Of a stretch of DNA of 64,000 nucleotides, positions 1-8,493 are shown piece after piece. Position 1 is the stretch's first letter; each line of letters starts with the position of its first letter. Location: the NCBI GenBank assembly GCA_041690135.1, contig JAWLHY010000013.1:20911-84910 (forward strand). Direction: 5' to 3'. This stretch comes from Armatimonadota bacterium. GTDB lineage: Bacteria; Armatimonadota; SYMT01. Made by a program: the position numbers and the translations under genes. The notes beneath the pieces were generated by a model. It had not been told where the DNA came from, ran no database searches, and was given only the letters and a program-made list of their open reading frames with translations.

Positions 1-23
1 ATCTGGCATCGGAGGAGAGGCTC

Positions 24-665
24 ATGAAACGGTATGGTTGGGCGTTGCTATCGTTCACCGCGGTGCTGGCGGTGGGCGGGGTGGCGGCCGAGAAGTTCGA
101 GACGCTCTACGACGGCAAGGAGTTAAAGGGCTGGTGGGCGAAAGACGGCCAGCTCGAGCTCTGGAAGTCGGAAAACGGGGTCATCGTGACGCCAATGTCC
201 GGAGGTGGCTGGCTGACCACGGAGAAGGAGTACGGTGACTTCGTCTTCCAGGCCGATTGGAAGATCGTCTCCGGGGGCAACAGCGGGGTCGGGATCCGTT
301 TTCCTAAAGACGGCCGGCCCTGGATCGAGGGCGTCGAAATCCAACTGCTGGATGACGATGCGCCGATGCACAAGAATCTAAAGCCCTACCAGTACACGGG
401 CAGCGTCTACGGGATCTCCCCACCCACGAAGCGCGTGGCGAAGGCGCCCGGCGAATGGAACCGGGTCGAGATCCGCTGCCAGGGTCCCCTTATCGAAGTC
501 AAGATCAACGACGTGCTGGTCAACCGTGTGAATGCGGACGAGGCCACGAAGGCGGAAGGCGACGCCAAGCCCCTCAGCCAGCGGGTGCGCAAAGGCTATA
601 TCGGACTGCAGGCCTATGGCCCCCGCACCGAGTTCCGCAACATCCGCATCCGTGAACTCAAGTAA
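24..665 (+). CDS. DUF1080 (3-keto-disaccharide hydrolase-like) secreted protein
   Basis: Signal peptide; LYDGKELKGW, GNSGV, EIQLLD, GEWN and GYIGLQ..FRNIRIREL motifs typical of DUF1080; GGAGGAG RBS. Confidence 0.9.
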   Translation: MKRYGWALLSFTAVLAVGGVAAEKFETLYDGKELKGWWAKDGQLELWKSENGVIVTPMSGGGWLTTEKEYGDFVFQADWKIVSGGNSGVGIRFPKDGRPWIEGVEIQLLDDDAPMHKNLKPYQYTGSVYGISPPTKRVAKAPGEWNRVEIRCQGPLIEVKINDVLVNRVNADEATKAEGDAKPLSQRVRKGYIGLQAYGPRTEFRNIRIRELK

Positions 666-670
666 AGAAG

Positions 671-1969
671 ATGATGAACAACCCACTGGATCGACGCACG
701 TTCCTCTTCGGCGCCCTCGCCGCCCCCGTCCTCGCGCCCACGATTGCCCACGCCCAGATGACTCCCGAGAAGCTCAAGCTCGGCATCATCGGCTGCGCGG
801 GCCAGGGCGAATACAACTGGTCCAACGTCGCGGATGAGGAGATCGTATCTCTCTGCGACGTGGATCTGTCCCGCGTCGGCAAGGCGCAAATGCGCTTCCC
901 CAGCGCGGAGGTGGTCCAGGACTTCCGCCGCGTATTGGACCGCGACGATATCGACGGCGTCGTGATTTCCACGCCGGACCACTGGCACGCCCCCATGAGC
1001 GTGTGGGCGATGCAGGCCGGTAAGCACGTCTACTGTGAGAAGCCGCTCACCCACTCCATCCACGAAGCTCGGGTGGTGCGGAAGATGGCGAAGGACCGGA
1101 AGCGGGTCACCCAGATGGGGACGCAGATCCATGCCGGCTCCAACTACCGCCGGGTAGTGGAACTGATCCAGGCGGGTGCCATCGGTCCGGTGAACCGGGT
1201 GGAGGTCTGGGTCGGATCTCGCCCGCTCCCCCGAAAGCGGGTCGCCACGGGTGCGCCTCCCGCCAACCTTGATTACGAGCTCTGGTTGGGACCTGCGCCG
1301 GAATTCCCCTACAATGCCGAAGTGGTGCCGTTCCACTGGCGGTGGTGGTGGGAGTTCGGCGGCGGCGTGCTCGCCGACATGGGCTGCCATTTCATGGACC
1401 TCCCCACCTGGGCCCTGGGCCTCCGGGCGCCGGAGCGGGTCTCCGCCAGCGGAACTCCCGTCACCGGTGGCGACAACAACGTTCCGGTGGAGATGCGGGT
1501 CGACTATCACTACCCGGCGCGAAAGGGGCAGCCGCCGGTCCACCTCACCTGGTTCCACGGCATTGGTGGTCCGCGTGACGAGGCGGGGACGGTCCGCAAC
1601 CTGCACGGCTTCGGCAGCGGTGTCCTTTTCCACGGTGAGAAGGGACAACTCCTGGCCGACTACGGGCGACACATGCTCTTGCCCGAGGACCGCTTCAAGG
1701 ACTTCCAGCGCCCGGCGCCGACGATCCCCGACTCCATCGGCCATCACCGGGAATGGATCGAGGCGATCAAGAACGGCGGCCCAACGACTTGCAACTTCGA
1801 CTATGCCGGACGCCTCACGGAAACCGTCCTCCTCGGCAACGTCTCCTACCGCCTCGGTCAGGAAGTCCGATGGGATGCCGACGACATGATCGTTAAGGGC
1901 GTTCCCCGCAAGGAGTGGGAACCCTTCATCAAGCGCGACTACCGCGGCAACTGGAAACTCAAGGCCTGA
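671..1969 (+). CDS. Gfo/Idh/MocA family oxidoreductase, Tat-exported
   Basis: DRRTFL twin-Arg signal; GIIGCAGQG, TPDHWH, YCEKP, DMGCH motifs. Confidence 0.92.
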   Translation: MMNNPLDRRTFLFGALAAPVLAPTIAHAQMTPEKLKLGIIGCAGQGEYNWSNVADEEIVSLCDVDLSRVGKAQMRFPSAEVVQDFRRVLDRDDIDGVVISTPDHWHAPMSVWAMQAGKHVYCEKPLTHSIHEARVVRKMAKDRKRVTQMGTQIHAGSNYRRVVELIQAGAIGPVNRVEVWVGSRPLPRKRVATGAPPANLDYELWLGPAPEFPYNAEVVPFHWRWWWEFGGGVLADMGCHFMDLPTWALGLRAPERVSASGTPVTGGDNNVPVEMRVDYHYPARKGQPPVHLTWFHGIGGPRDEAGTVRNLHGFGSGVLFHGEKGQLLADYGRHMLLPEDRFKDFQRPAPTIPDSIGHHREWIEAIKNGGPTTCNFDYAGRLTETVLLGNVSYRLGQEVRWDADDMIVKGVPRKEWEPFIKRDYRGNWKLKA

Positions 1970-1982
1970 TCCCGCGGCGGCT

Positions 1983-2042
1983 GATTGCAAATTGTAAACT
2001 GCAAATTTTCAATTTCAAATTTGCAATTTACAATTTGCAATC
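1983..2042. repeat. AT-rich inverted repeat built of TTGCAAA-like heptamers; possible bidirectional terminator
   Basis: gattgcaaattgtaaactgcaaattt-N8-aaatttgcaatttacaatttgcaatc: 26-bp arms, 1 mismatch, between convergent genes. Confidence 0.85.
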
Positions 2043-2052
2043 GCCAACTCCC

Positions 2053-3363
2053 CTATCCCTTCGGCGCCGCCCAGTGACCGTCCCGGTACTTCCGGCTCAC
2101 CATTCGCGTCGCCTCGCGGTCGCCGGGAAAGACCTCCTTCTCCGGATCGAATGCCAGCGTTCGGCCCAACCGGGCGGAGATGTTCGCCAGGTGGCAAAGG
2201 CTGGCCGTGAGGTGTCCCGCCAGGCCGTCGGCGTTGAGGTTCTTCTGGGTCCCGCGCACGCAGTCGAGGAAATTGTCGTGGTGGGCCTTCAAGTCCGCCG
2301 GCCCTGTCCGTTCCGCCAGCAGTTTGTTCTTCGGACCGTAGAGTTTCCAGCCGACCGTGTGCCCGATGATGAGCTGGCCATTCGTCCCGTAGAAGGCCGC
2401 GCCGTTCTCGTAACCTTCCTGGTTGTAGGGGGACCAGCTCCGCTGCTCGAAGATGAGCTGCTTCATCCGCCCCGGCTTCCCTGCAACAGGATACTCGAAC
2501 ACGGCGTACTGCGTGTCCGGGAACTGCTGGTCATCATCGAAGAAGTACTTGCCGCCCAGACAGGTGATCCGCGTGGGGTGCGTGGTGACGCCGAGACCCC
2601 AGGCCGCCACGTCGACGTCGTGGACGCCGTCGTTGCCGATGTCTCCGCAGCCGAAGTCGTACCACCAGCGCCAGATGCCGGGGAGCAGGTTCGAGCGGTA
2701 CGGAACCATTGGCGCCGGTCCGATCCACATGTCGTAGTCCAGGGTGGGGGGAGGAGAACTCGGTTGCGACTTGCCGATGCTTCCCCGGCGCTGGCTGTTC
2801 CAGGCTTTCGCGACCAGGACCTCGCCGATCTCCCCCTTCTGCACGCGCTCAATCGCTTCCCGCACCACCGCTGTGCTGCGGCTCTGGGTGCCTACCTGCA
2901 GCAACTTCCCGGACCGCTTCGCGGCCTCGACCATCAGGCGGCCTTCGCGGATGTTATGGCTGCACGGCTTCTCGACGTACACGTGCTTACCCGCGTTGAG
3001 AGCCAGGATAGCGGCGGGAGCGTGCCAGTGGTCCGGCGTGGCGATCCACACCGCTTCCACCCGAGGATCCTCGTACACCCGGCGCATGTCCGTTACTGCC
3101 TTCGGCGCCTGCCCGGAAGCGGTTTCCACCAGCTTCGCCGCGGCCTCCAGGCGGGGACGGTCGGGGTCGCAGACGTAGGCTACCTCGACGTCCTTCCGTG
3201 CGGTCAACAGGCGTAGGTGGGCGGTCCCCATCCCACCAGGGCCGATCACCCCCACCACGACCTTGCGGCCCTCCTGGGCTTGCGCGTGGCTGGCACCCAG
3301 GGAAAGTGCGGCGATACCCAGTCCGGTATCGCGAAGGAACTCCCGGCGTTGCGTAGCGGACAT
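2053..3363 (-). CDS. Gfo/Idh/MocA family oxidoreductase, Tat-exported
   Basis: QRREFL signal; GVIGPGGMG, TPDHWH, YVEKP, NDGVH motifs. Confidence 0.92.
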   Translation of the reverse strand: MSATQRREFLRDTGLGIAALSLGASHAQAQEGRKVVVGVIGPGGMGTAHLRLLTARKDVEVAYVCDPDRPRLEAAAKLVETASGQAPKAVTDMRRVYEDPRVEAVWIATPDHWHAPAAILALNAGKHVYVEKPCSHNIREGRLMVEAAKRSGKLLQVGTQSRSTAVVREAIERVQKGEIGEVLVAKAWNSQRRGSIGKSQPSSPPPTLDYDMWIGPAPMVPYRSNLLPGIWRWWYDFGCGDIGNDGVHDVDVAAWGLGVTTHPTRITCLGGKYFFDDDQQFPDTQYAVFEYPVAGKPGRMKQLIFEQRSWSPYNQEGYENGAAFYGTNGQLIIGHTVGWKLYGPKNKLLAERTGPADLKAHHDNFLDCVRGTQKNLNADGLAGHLTASLCHLANISARLGRTLAFDPEKEVFPGDREATRMVSRKYRDGHWAAPKG

Positions 3364-3532
3364 GGCAGGCTCATCCTCTCCGTGGATCTGAGCCGGTCAC
3401 TTCGCTCAACTCGAACGGATGTGGCCGGCGGAGCTTGCGAGGACTGCGGTGCGCACCCTCTTGCCAAGCCGTTTCACGCCCCGGTTCTCGGGTTCCTGCA
3501 CGAAATCTCGGAACCCCGACCCGTTACCCGCC

Positions 3533-3623
3533 ACCTTCAACCCTTGGCCCCAGAGGGGGGCTTCAACCTTCAATCCCTGGCCCCAGAGGGGGGCTTCAAC
3601 CTCCAACCTTCTTCCAACCTTCA
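3533..3623. repeat. 2x 33-bp direct repeat plus ACCTTCA-type heptamer run
   Basis: accttcaacccttggccccagaggggggcttca / accttcaatccctggccccagaggggggcttca (2 mismatches), then acctcca/accttca/acttcca units. Confidence 0.8.
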
Positions 3624-4664
3624 ACTTCCAACCGCCGATGCTTCGTTGCCGGCCGAAAACTGCTCCTGAAGGTAGTCGTAGACGTGCCGGCTGAGCTGCG
3701 CGATCGCCTCGGAAGTCACCGAGGGCCGGTTGTCCCGTTCGATGAACACGGCAATCGTGTAGCGCAAGCCGTCCGGCGTTTCCACGAATGCCGCGTCGTG
3801 CAAGAGGTCACTCATAGTCCCGGTCTTGTTGCCTACCACCGCTTCGGGAGGAAGATCTGCGGGAATACGGGTCTGCCACCTCTGGTCCAGGAGGATCTCT
3901 CGCATCTCGTCGCTTGCCGACGGGCTGACCAGCGTGCCCTCCACGATCTGCTCCAGCATGCGGGTCATTTCGCGGGCAGTCACCAGATTGGGTCCCTGGG
4001 GTTCCTCGTCAAGGATGCGCGCCCTCACGACGGTTTCCGTGTATCCGTTGTCAATCAGCCAGCGGTTGATCCGGGCCATCCCTAGACGATCGATCAAGGC
4101 GTTCGTGGCCCCGTTGTGGCTCACGGTGATCATTCGCCGCATCAAGCGTTCGTCCCTGGGGTTCCGTTCCAGATCGCCCTTCGCCCAGGCGTCGTAGAGT
4201 GCTCCCATCACGGGTAGCTTGATTACGCTGGCCGCCGCGATTCGCTCATCGGCGTGCAGCCCGGCCTCAATACCGTTCTCCAACCGAACATGGGCGCTCA
4301 CGTGGCCGTTGATGGAGGCGGCCTCCAGTTCGAGGATGGCTCGCAACCCCTCGGCGATCTCCCGGCGGCGAATCTCCTCCGGTGTGGGTTGAGGTTCCAG
4401 GCCTCGCAGCGGGAATAGCGGACGCGGGGCTATCGGGGTGACTTGCGCCTCCTGTCGGGGCACAGCCTGGGTTCTTCCCTGCAGTTGGGGCCCGTAAGTG
4501 GTTGCCAGACCCGCAACGATCAGTGTTGCCGCCAGGCTGCAGACGACTTTCACGCGTGCGGCGCCTCGCGGTGATGGCGTTGAATGTTCGAAACGGGTGT
4601 CCTCTCCGACGGGGCACACCGCGGCGGTCAGTTCTGAGATTATCTCGCTGTTTTCTCGTCTCAC
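3621..4664 (-). CDS. Class A beta-lactamase-like serine hydrolase, membrane-anchored (start uncertain; alternative GTG at 4553)
   Basis: ASVIK (SxxK), SHN (SxN), KTG motifs; N-terminal hydrophobic segment. Confidence 0.85.
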   Translation of the reverse strand: MRRENSEIISELTAAVCPVGEDTRFEHSTPSPRGAARVKVVCSLAATLIVAGLATTYGPQLQGRTQAVPRQEAQVTPIAPRPLFPLRGLEPQPTPEEIRRREIAEGLRAILELEAASINGHVSAHVRLENGIEAGLHADERIAAASVIKLPVMGALYDAWAKGDLERNPRDERLMRRMITVSHNGATNALIDRLGMARINRWLIDNGYTETVVRARILDEEPQGPNLVTAREMTRMLEQIVEGTLVSPSASDEMREILLDQRWQTRIPADLPPEAVVGNKTGTMSDLLHDAAFVETPDGLRYTIAVFIERDNRPSVTSEAIAQLSRHVYDYLQEQFSAGNEASAVGS

Positions 4665-4842
4665 TCGGTTTCTCTTCCCACTTCCCGTCTGATCTTACCC
4701 ACGACATCCGTGGCCGTTCGCCGTGTGGTCTCGGGGATGAGGAGGAGGGTGCCTGCCAACAGTTGAACCAAACCTGCGGTGTAGGCCACTCATGCTCCGC
4801 GTGTCCGGGTATCTTGCGGGGCGATAGCCGGGAGTGCCAGTC

Positions 4843-5520
4843 ATGTCGATGTCCACCAGCCTTGAAGAAGCCGTAGAGTTTGCCGAAAACCCCGAGCCGC
4901 GCTGTCCCTGCGTCTTGCTGCTGGACACTTCCGGGTCCATGCAAGGCTCAGCGATCGTGGCATTGAACGAGGGGGTTCGCACGTTCCGGGACCACCTGGT
5001 GCGCGATCCGCTCGCCTCACGTCGGGTAGAGGTGGCCGTCGTGACGTTCAACAGCGAGGTGGAGGTGGCGCAGGACTTCGTGACCGCGGACCAGTTCGAC
5101 CCGCCCGTGCTCGCAGCGGAGGGGCTCACCCTGATGGGGACCGGCATCACGAAAGCTCTCGATATGATCCAGGACCGCAAGGCCCGATACCGGGCCAACG
5201 GCATTGCCTACTACCGGCCGTGGGTGTTGATGATCACGGACGGCGAGCCCCAGGGGGAGACGGACCACGTGGTCGAGATCATGGCGAAACGCCTCAAGGC
5301 CGACGAGGAGAACAAGCACGTGGCCTTCTTCGCGGTGGGTGTGCAGGGGGCGAACATGACGAGACTGGCACAGATCTGCCCGCGGCCGCCGGTCAAGCTC
5401 AATGGGCTCAACTTCAACGAGATGTTCGTCTGGCTCTCCACCAGCATGCAGAAGGTCGCCCAGTCCCAGATGGACGTCCAGGTAGCGCTGCCGCCACCCG
5501 GAGAAGAGACGCCGGTATGA
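4843..5520 (+). CDS. TerY-like vWA domain protein (YegL-like)
   Basis: ENPEPRCPCVLLLDTSGSM MIDAS motif, YYRPW..ITDGEP, F.WLS.S. Confidence 0.93.
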   Translation: MSMSTSLEEAVEFAENPEPRCPCVLLLDTSGSMQGSAIVALNEGVRTFRDHLVRDPLASRRVEVAVVTFNSEVEVAQDFVTADQFDPPVLAAEGLTLMGTGITKALDMIQDRKARYRANGIAYYRPWVLMITDGEPQGETDHVVEIMAKRLKADEENKHVAFFAVGVQGANMTRLAQICPRPPVKLNGLNFNEMFVWLSTSMQKVAQSQMDVQVALPPPGEETPV

Positions 5521-6335
5521 CCTGGCGGAAGAGGCACGCCCCTTCAGTCCCGGAAGAGGATGGCGGAGACTGGCGAGTGGTGGCCGGGTCGGTGTGCGGC
5601 AGCTCGCATGCGCGCTGCGACCAGTCCTGCCAGGACGCTCACTACTGGCAGCCGCTTCCCGGTGGCATCCTCGTCGCCGCGGTGGCTGATGGTGCGGGAT
5701 CCGCTGCTCTGGGTGCCGTGGGAGCGGATCTGGCCGTCCGGCGATCGGTCGATAGTCTGTGCCGGGCCATCGAAGACGACCGGATTTCCGGCGCGGCCAG
5801 TCCGGCTGCGGAGTATTGTTCCGAGCTGTTGAAGGAGGCGGTGGCGGCTGTGCGATCGCGGCTGTTGGAAGAGGCCGTGGTCCGGGACGTGACACCGCGA
5901 GATCTGGCGACTACCCTGATCCTCGCGGTGATGGCCCCCGGATATGTGGCGGTGGCACAGGTAGGCGATGGCGCGGCGGTTCTGCGGGAAACGACCGGAA
6001 GCCTGGTGCCTCTCACACGACCTGCCGGTAGCGAATACGTGAACCATACGACCTTCGTCGTTTCTGATGATGCCCTCGAAACGGCGCAGGTGGAGGTGTG
6101 GCGGGGGTGCGCCACGCACGTCACGTTGTTCTCCGACGGCCTGCAGCGACTCGCCCTCCGGATGCCGGAAGGCGAACCGCACGAACCTTTTTTCGCACCC
6201 CTCTTTCGGTTTGCGGAGCAAGTGACAGATATGGAAGAAGCGAATCGGCAGTTGGCGACCTTCCTCGGCTCGGCCCGTATTCAGGAGCGGACGGATGATG
6301 ACGTCACGCTGCTGCTGGCCACACGGTGTCCATGA
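5517..6335 (+). CDS. PP2C-like Ser/Thr phosphatase (YegK-like, TerY-P triad)
   Basis: G.SH...CQD, VADGAGS, ATTL, QVGDG, SDG, TDDD motifs; ATGA overlap with the vWA stop. Confidence 0.92.
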   Translation: MTWRKRHAPSVPEEDGGDWRVVAGSVCGSSHARCDQSCQDAHYWQPLPGGILVAAVADGAGSAALGAVGADLAVRRSVDSLCRAIEDDRISGAASPAAEYCSELLKEAVAAVRSRLLEEAVVRDVTPRDLATTLILAVMAPGYVAVAQVGDGAAVLRETTGSLVPLTRPAGSEYVNHTTFVVSDDALETAQVEVWRGCATHVTLFSDGLQRLALRMPEGEPHEPFFAPLFRFAEQVTDMEEANRQLATFLGSARIQERTDDDVTLLLATRCP

Positions 6336-8248
6336 CGATGCAGGTCCTCCGCCAGACAACCGGAGCGCTCCTCAAGCTGGACCCGCACGCGCTGCTCGGC
6401 GCCGGCGGGGAGGCCGGCGTAATGCCGGTACCGGACGAAGAGGAACTGGTAGCCAAAGTCTACCGGCGTCCCACGGAGTCGCACGCCCGCAAGTTGGCCA
6501 GCATGCTGGCGAATCCCCCGGATGACCCGATGGCGAAGCAGGGGCACGTGTCGATTGCGTGGCCACTCGACCTCCTGCGCACCCCGGATGCCAACCGGTG
6601 GGTGATCGGATTTCTGATGCCCAGGGCGCCCGGCCGGCGGCCGCTCCTGGAGTTCTACAATCCGGGCAAACGGCGCCAGGTCTGTCCCCTGTTCAGCTAT
6701 CAGTATCTCCATCGGACCGCGCGCAACCTGGCGGCGGCGGTGGGAGCCATCCACGCCCGCGGCTACGTTATCGGCGACGTCAACGAGTCGAACATCCTCG
6801 TCACCGATACGGCCCTGGTTACCCTGGTGGATACCGACTCATTCCAGGTTCCCGACCACCAAACCGGCGTCGTGTACCGCTGCCCTGTCGGCAAGCCGGA
6901 GTTCACGCCACCCGAGCTGCAGGGCAAGACCTTTAGGGACATCGACCGGGCGCCGGAGCACGACCTTTTCGGATTGGCGGTGCTCCTCTTCCAGTTGCTG
7001 ATGGAGGGCACGCATCCCTATGCGGGGGTCTACACCGGCGAGGGTGAGCCGCCGCCCGTCGAAGCACGCATCCGCGCGGGACATTTCCCCTACGGTCCGG
7101 GGAGCACCCCCTACCGGCCGGCGCCGCTCGCCCCTCCCTATGTCCTGCTCGCGCCGGAGCTTCGCCACCTGTTCGAGCGGTGCTTCGTGACGGGACACGC
7201 GGACCCCGCGGCGCGACCGTCAGCGGATTTGTGGGTCAACGCCCTGCAACTGGCGGAGAACGCCCTGGTGACCTGCGACGCCAGCGAACAACACCGGTTC
7301 GGGCGGCATCTTTCCACCTGCCCCTGGTGTGAAAGAGCGACCCGGCTGCGCGGCCGCGACCCCTTCCCCTCTCGCGAGGCCGTCGGCCAGGGTCTCCACC
7401 TCGCTTCGGCCGTTCCCAACCAGACGGCGCTTCCTTCCGCCGGTGCGGGTATACCTTCGCGTCCGGTCGCGGCTACCGTGAGCGCGGCGGGAGTGAGCCC
7501 TGGCGCTTCTATCTCTCCCCCCACCTCCCCGGTAGCCTCGCCGCCGCCCCGCCAGGCGACTGCACCCGCCAGGGCCTCGGCGCAACCTTCCACCATGCGT
7601 CCCTCACCCGGGGTATCCCCTCCTCCGGTAGCGGCTCCCGCCGAGTTCGAGCGAGAGGTGTTCAGCCCCTGGGGTGCCGTAGCACTGGCAATCGCCTTGG
7701 GTGCCCTGGCTCTCCCCCAGTTCCACCTCTGGCTCGGGCCGCTGGTGCTGGTGCTGGCGGTCGTGGGCTGGTTCCTCACCGCGGGTGCCGCCGCCGCAAG
7801 TCGGGGGCTCGCGTTGGGAGCGCTGCTGGTGGGAATGGGGGTGACGGGAAACGCCGTTTACTCCCAGGTCATCGTTCGTCAACAGCAGGAGCGCCTGGCA
7901 CGTGCGGATCGGCAGCGGCGGGCGGAGGTCGCGGCCGAAGTCACCGCGGCGGAGAGGCTCGTGGACGAGGTAACGGCGGGGATCGAGCGCTTCAAGAACG
8001 AGGAACTGACCGAGCGGGAAGCAGAGGCGATCCGCGAAAGCCTCCGCGTGAAGCTGGAGACCGCCGTCCAACACGCCGATCGAGCTCTGGCACGGGACCC
8101 CCGAAGTGAACAGGCGTGGGTGCAGAAGGCGCGTGCTTTGCGTCTTTCCGGCGACGCGGGCGCGGCGCGGGCCGCCGTGAACCAGGGCCTCATGCGCTTC
8201 CCGGAGTCCACTGGGCTCAAAGAGCAGTTGACCCTGCTGCTGGAGTGA
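6332..8248 (+). CDS. YegI-like Ser/Thr kinase with Zn-ribbon, Pro-rich linker, TM segments and C-terminal TPR
   Basis: GAGGEA, AKVY, IGDVNESN, DTDS, PEFTPPELQ, DLFGLAVLLFQLL..HPY, C..H..CPWC; ATGA overlap with the PP2C stop. Confidence 0.92.
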   Translation: MTMQVLRQTTGALLKLDPHALLGAGGEAGVMPVPDEEELVAKVYRRPTESHARKLASMLANPPDDPMAKQGHVSIAWPLDLLRTPDANRWVIGFLMPRAPGRRPLLEFYNPGKRRQVCPLFSYQYLHRTARNLAAAVGAIHARGYVIGDVNESNILVTDTALVTLVDTDSFQVPDHQTGVVYRCPVGKPEFTPPELQGKTFRDIDRAPEHDLFGLAVLLFQLLMEGTHPYAGVYTGEGEPPPVEARIRAGHFPYGPGSTPYRPAPLAPPYVLLAPELRHLFERCFVTGHADPAARPSADLWVNALQLAENALVTCDASEQHRFGRHLSTCPWCERATRLRGRDPFPSREAVGQGLHLASAVPNQTALPSAGAGIPSRPVAATVSAAGVSPGASISPPTSPVASPPPRQATAPARASAQPSTMRPSPGVSPPPVAAPAEFEREVFSPWGAVALAIALGALALPQFHLWLGPLVLVLAVVGWFLTAGAAAASRGLALGALLVGMGVTGNAVYSQVIVRQQQERLARADRQRRAEVAAEVTAAERLVDEVTAGIERFKNEELTEREAEAIRESLRVKLETAVQHADRALARDPRSEQAWVQKARALRLSGDAGAARAAVNQGLMRFPESTGLKEQLTLLLE

Positions 8249-8493
8249 CGTTCAGGCTACAATAATCGCATCGAGGCTTCTGAGGAGTTGGGGAGCTATC
8301 TGAACGGTTCTCAGCCACACCCCACGCGCTTGTTTCTCCAGGCAGGTTAGCGTGACTTGCCGGAGTGACGGCGCCAGGTACCCGCCGGGTACCCACGCAG
8401 TGGGTGGGGTGTCGGCCTCCATGCCGTGTACCGTATTTGCTCACTTGCTTGCCTATTCCCCTTGGCGGACGGAACTAGGAACAGGATGGAGTC

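Noticed and set aside
614-3216. Long antisense ORFs (614-1990, 1915-3216; likewise 49211-50551 and 55604-56962)
   Set aside because: Shadow frames of high-GC genes with clear family motifs on the other strand.
3621-4664. Bona fide antibiotic-resistance beta-lactamase
   Set aside because: SHN variant, no clearly recognisable class A omega-loop ExxLN, and a membrane anchor; more likely a PBP-like serine hydrolase.
5220-5516. N-terminal extension of the PP2C ORF
   Set aside because: Overlaps the vWA gene; ATGA coupling at 5517 is the better start.
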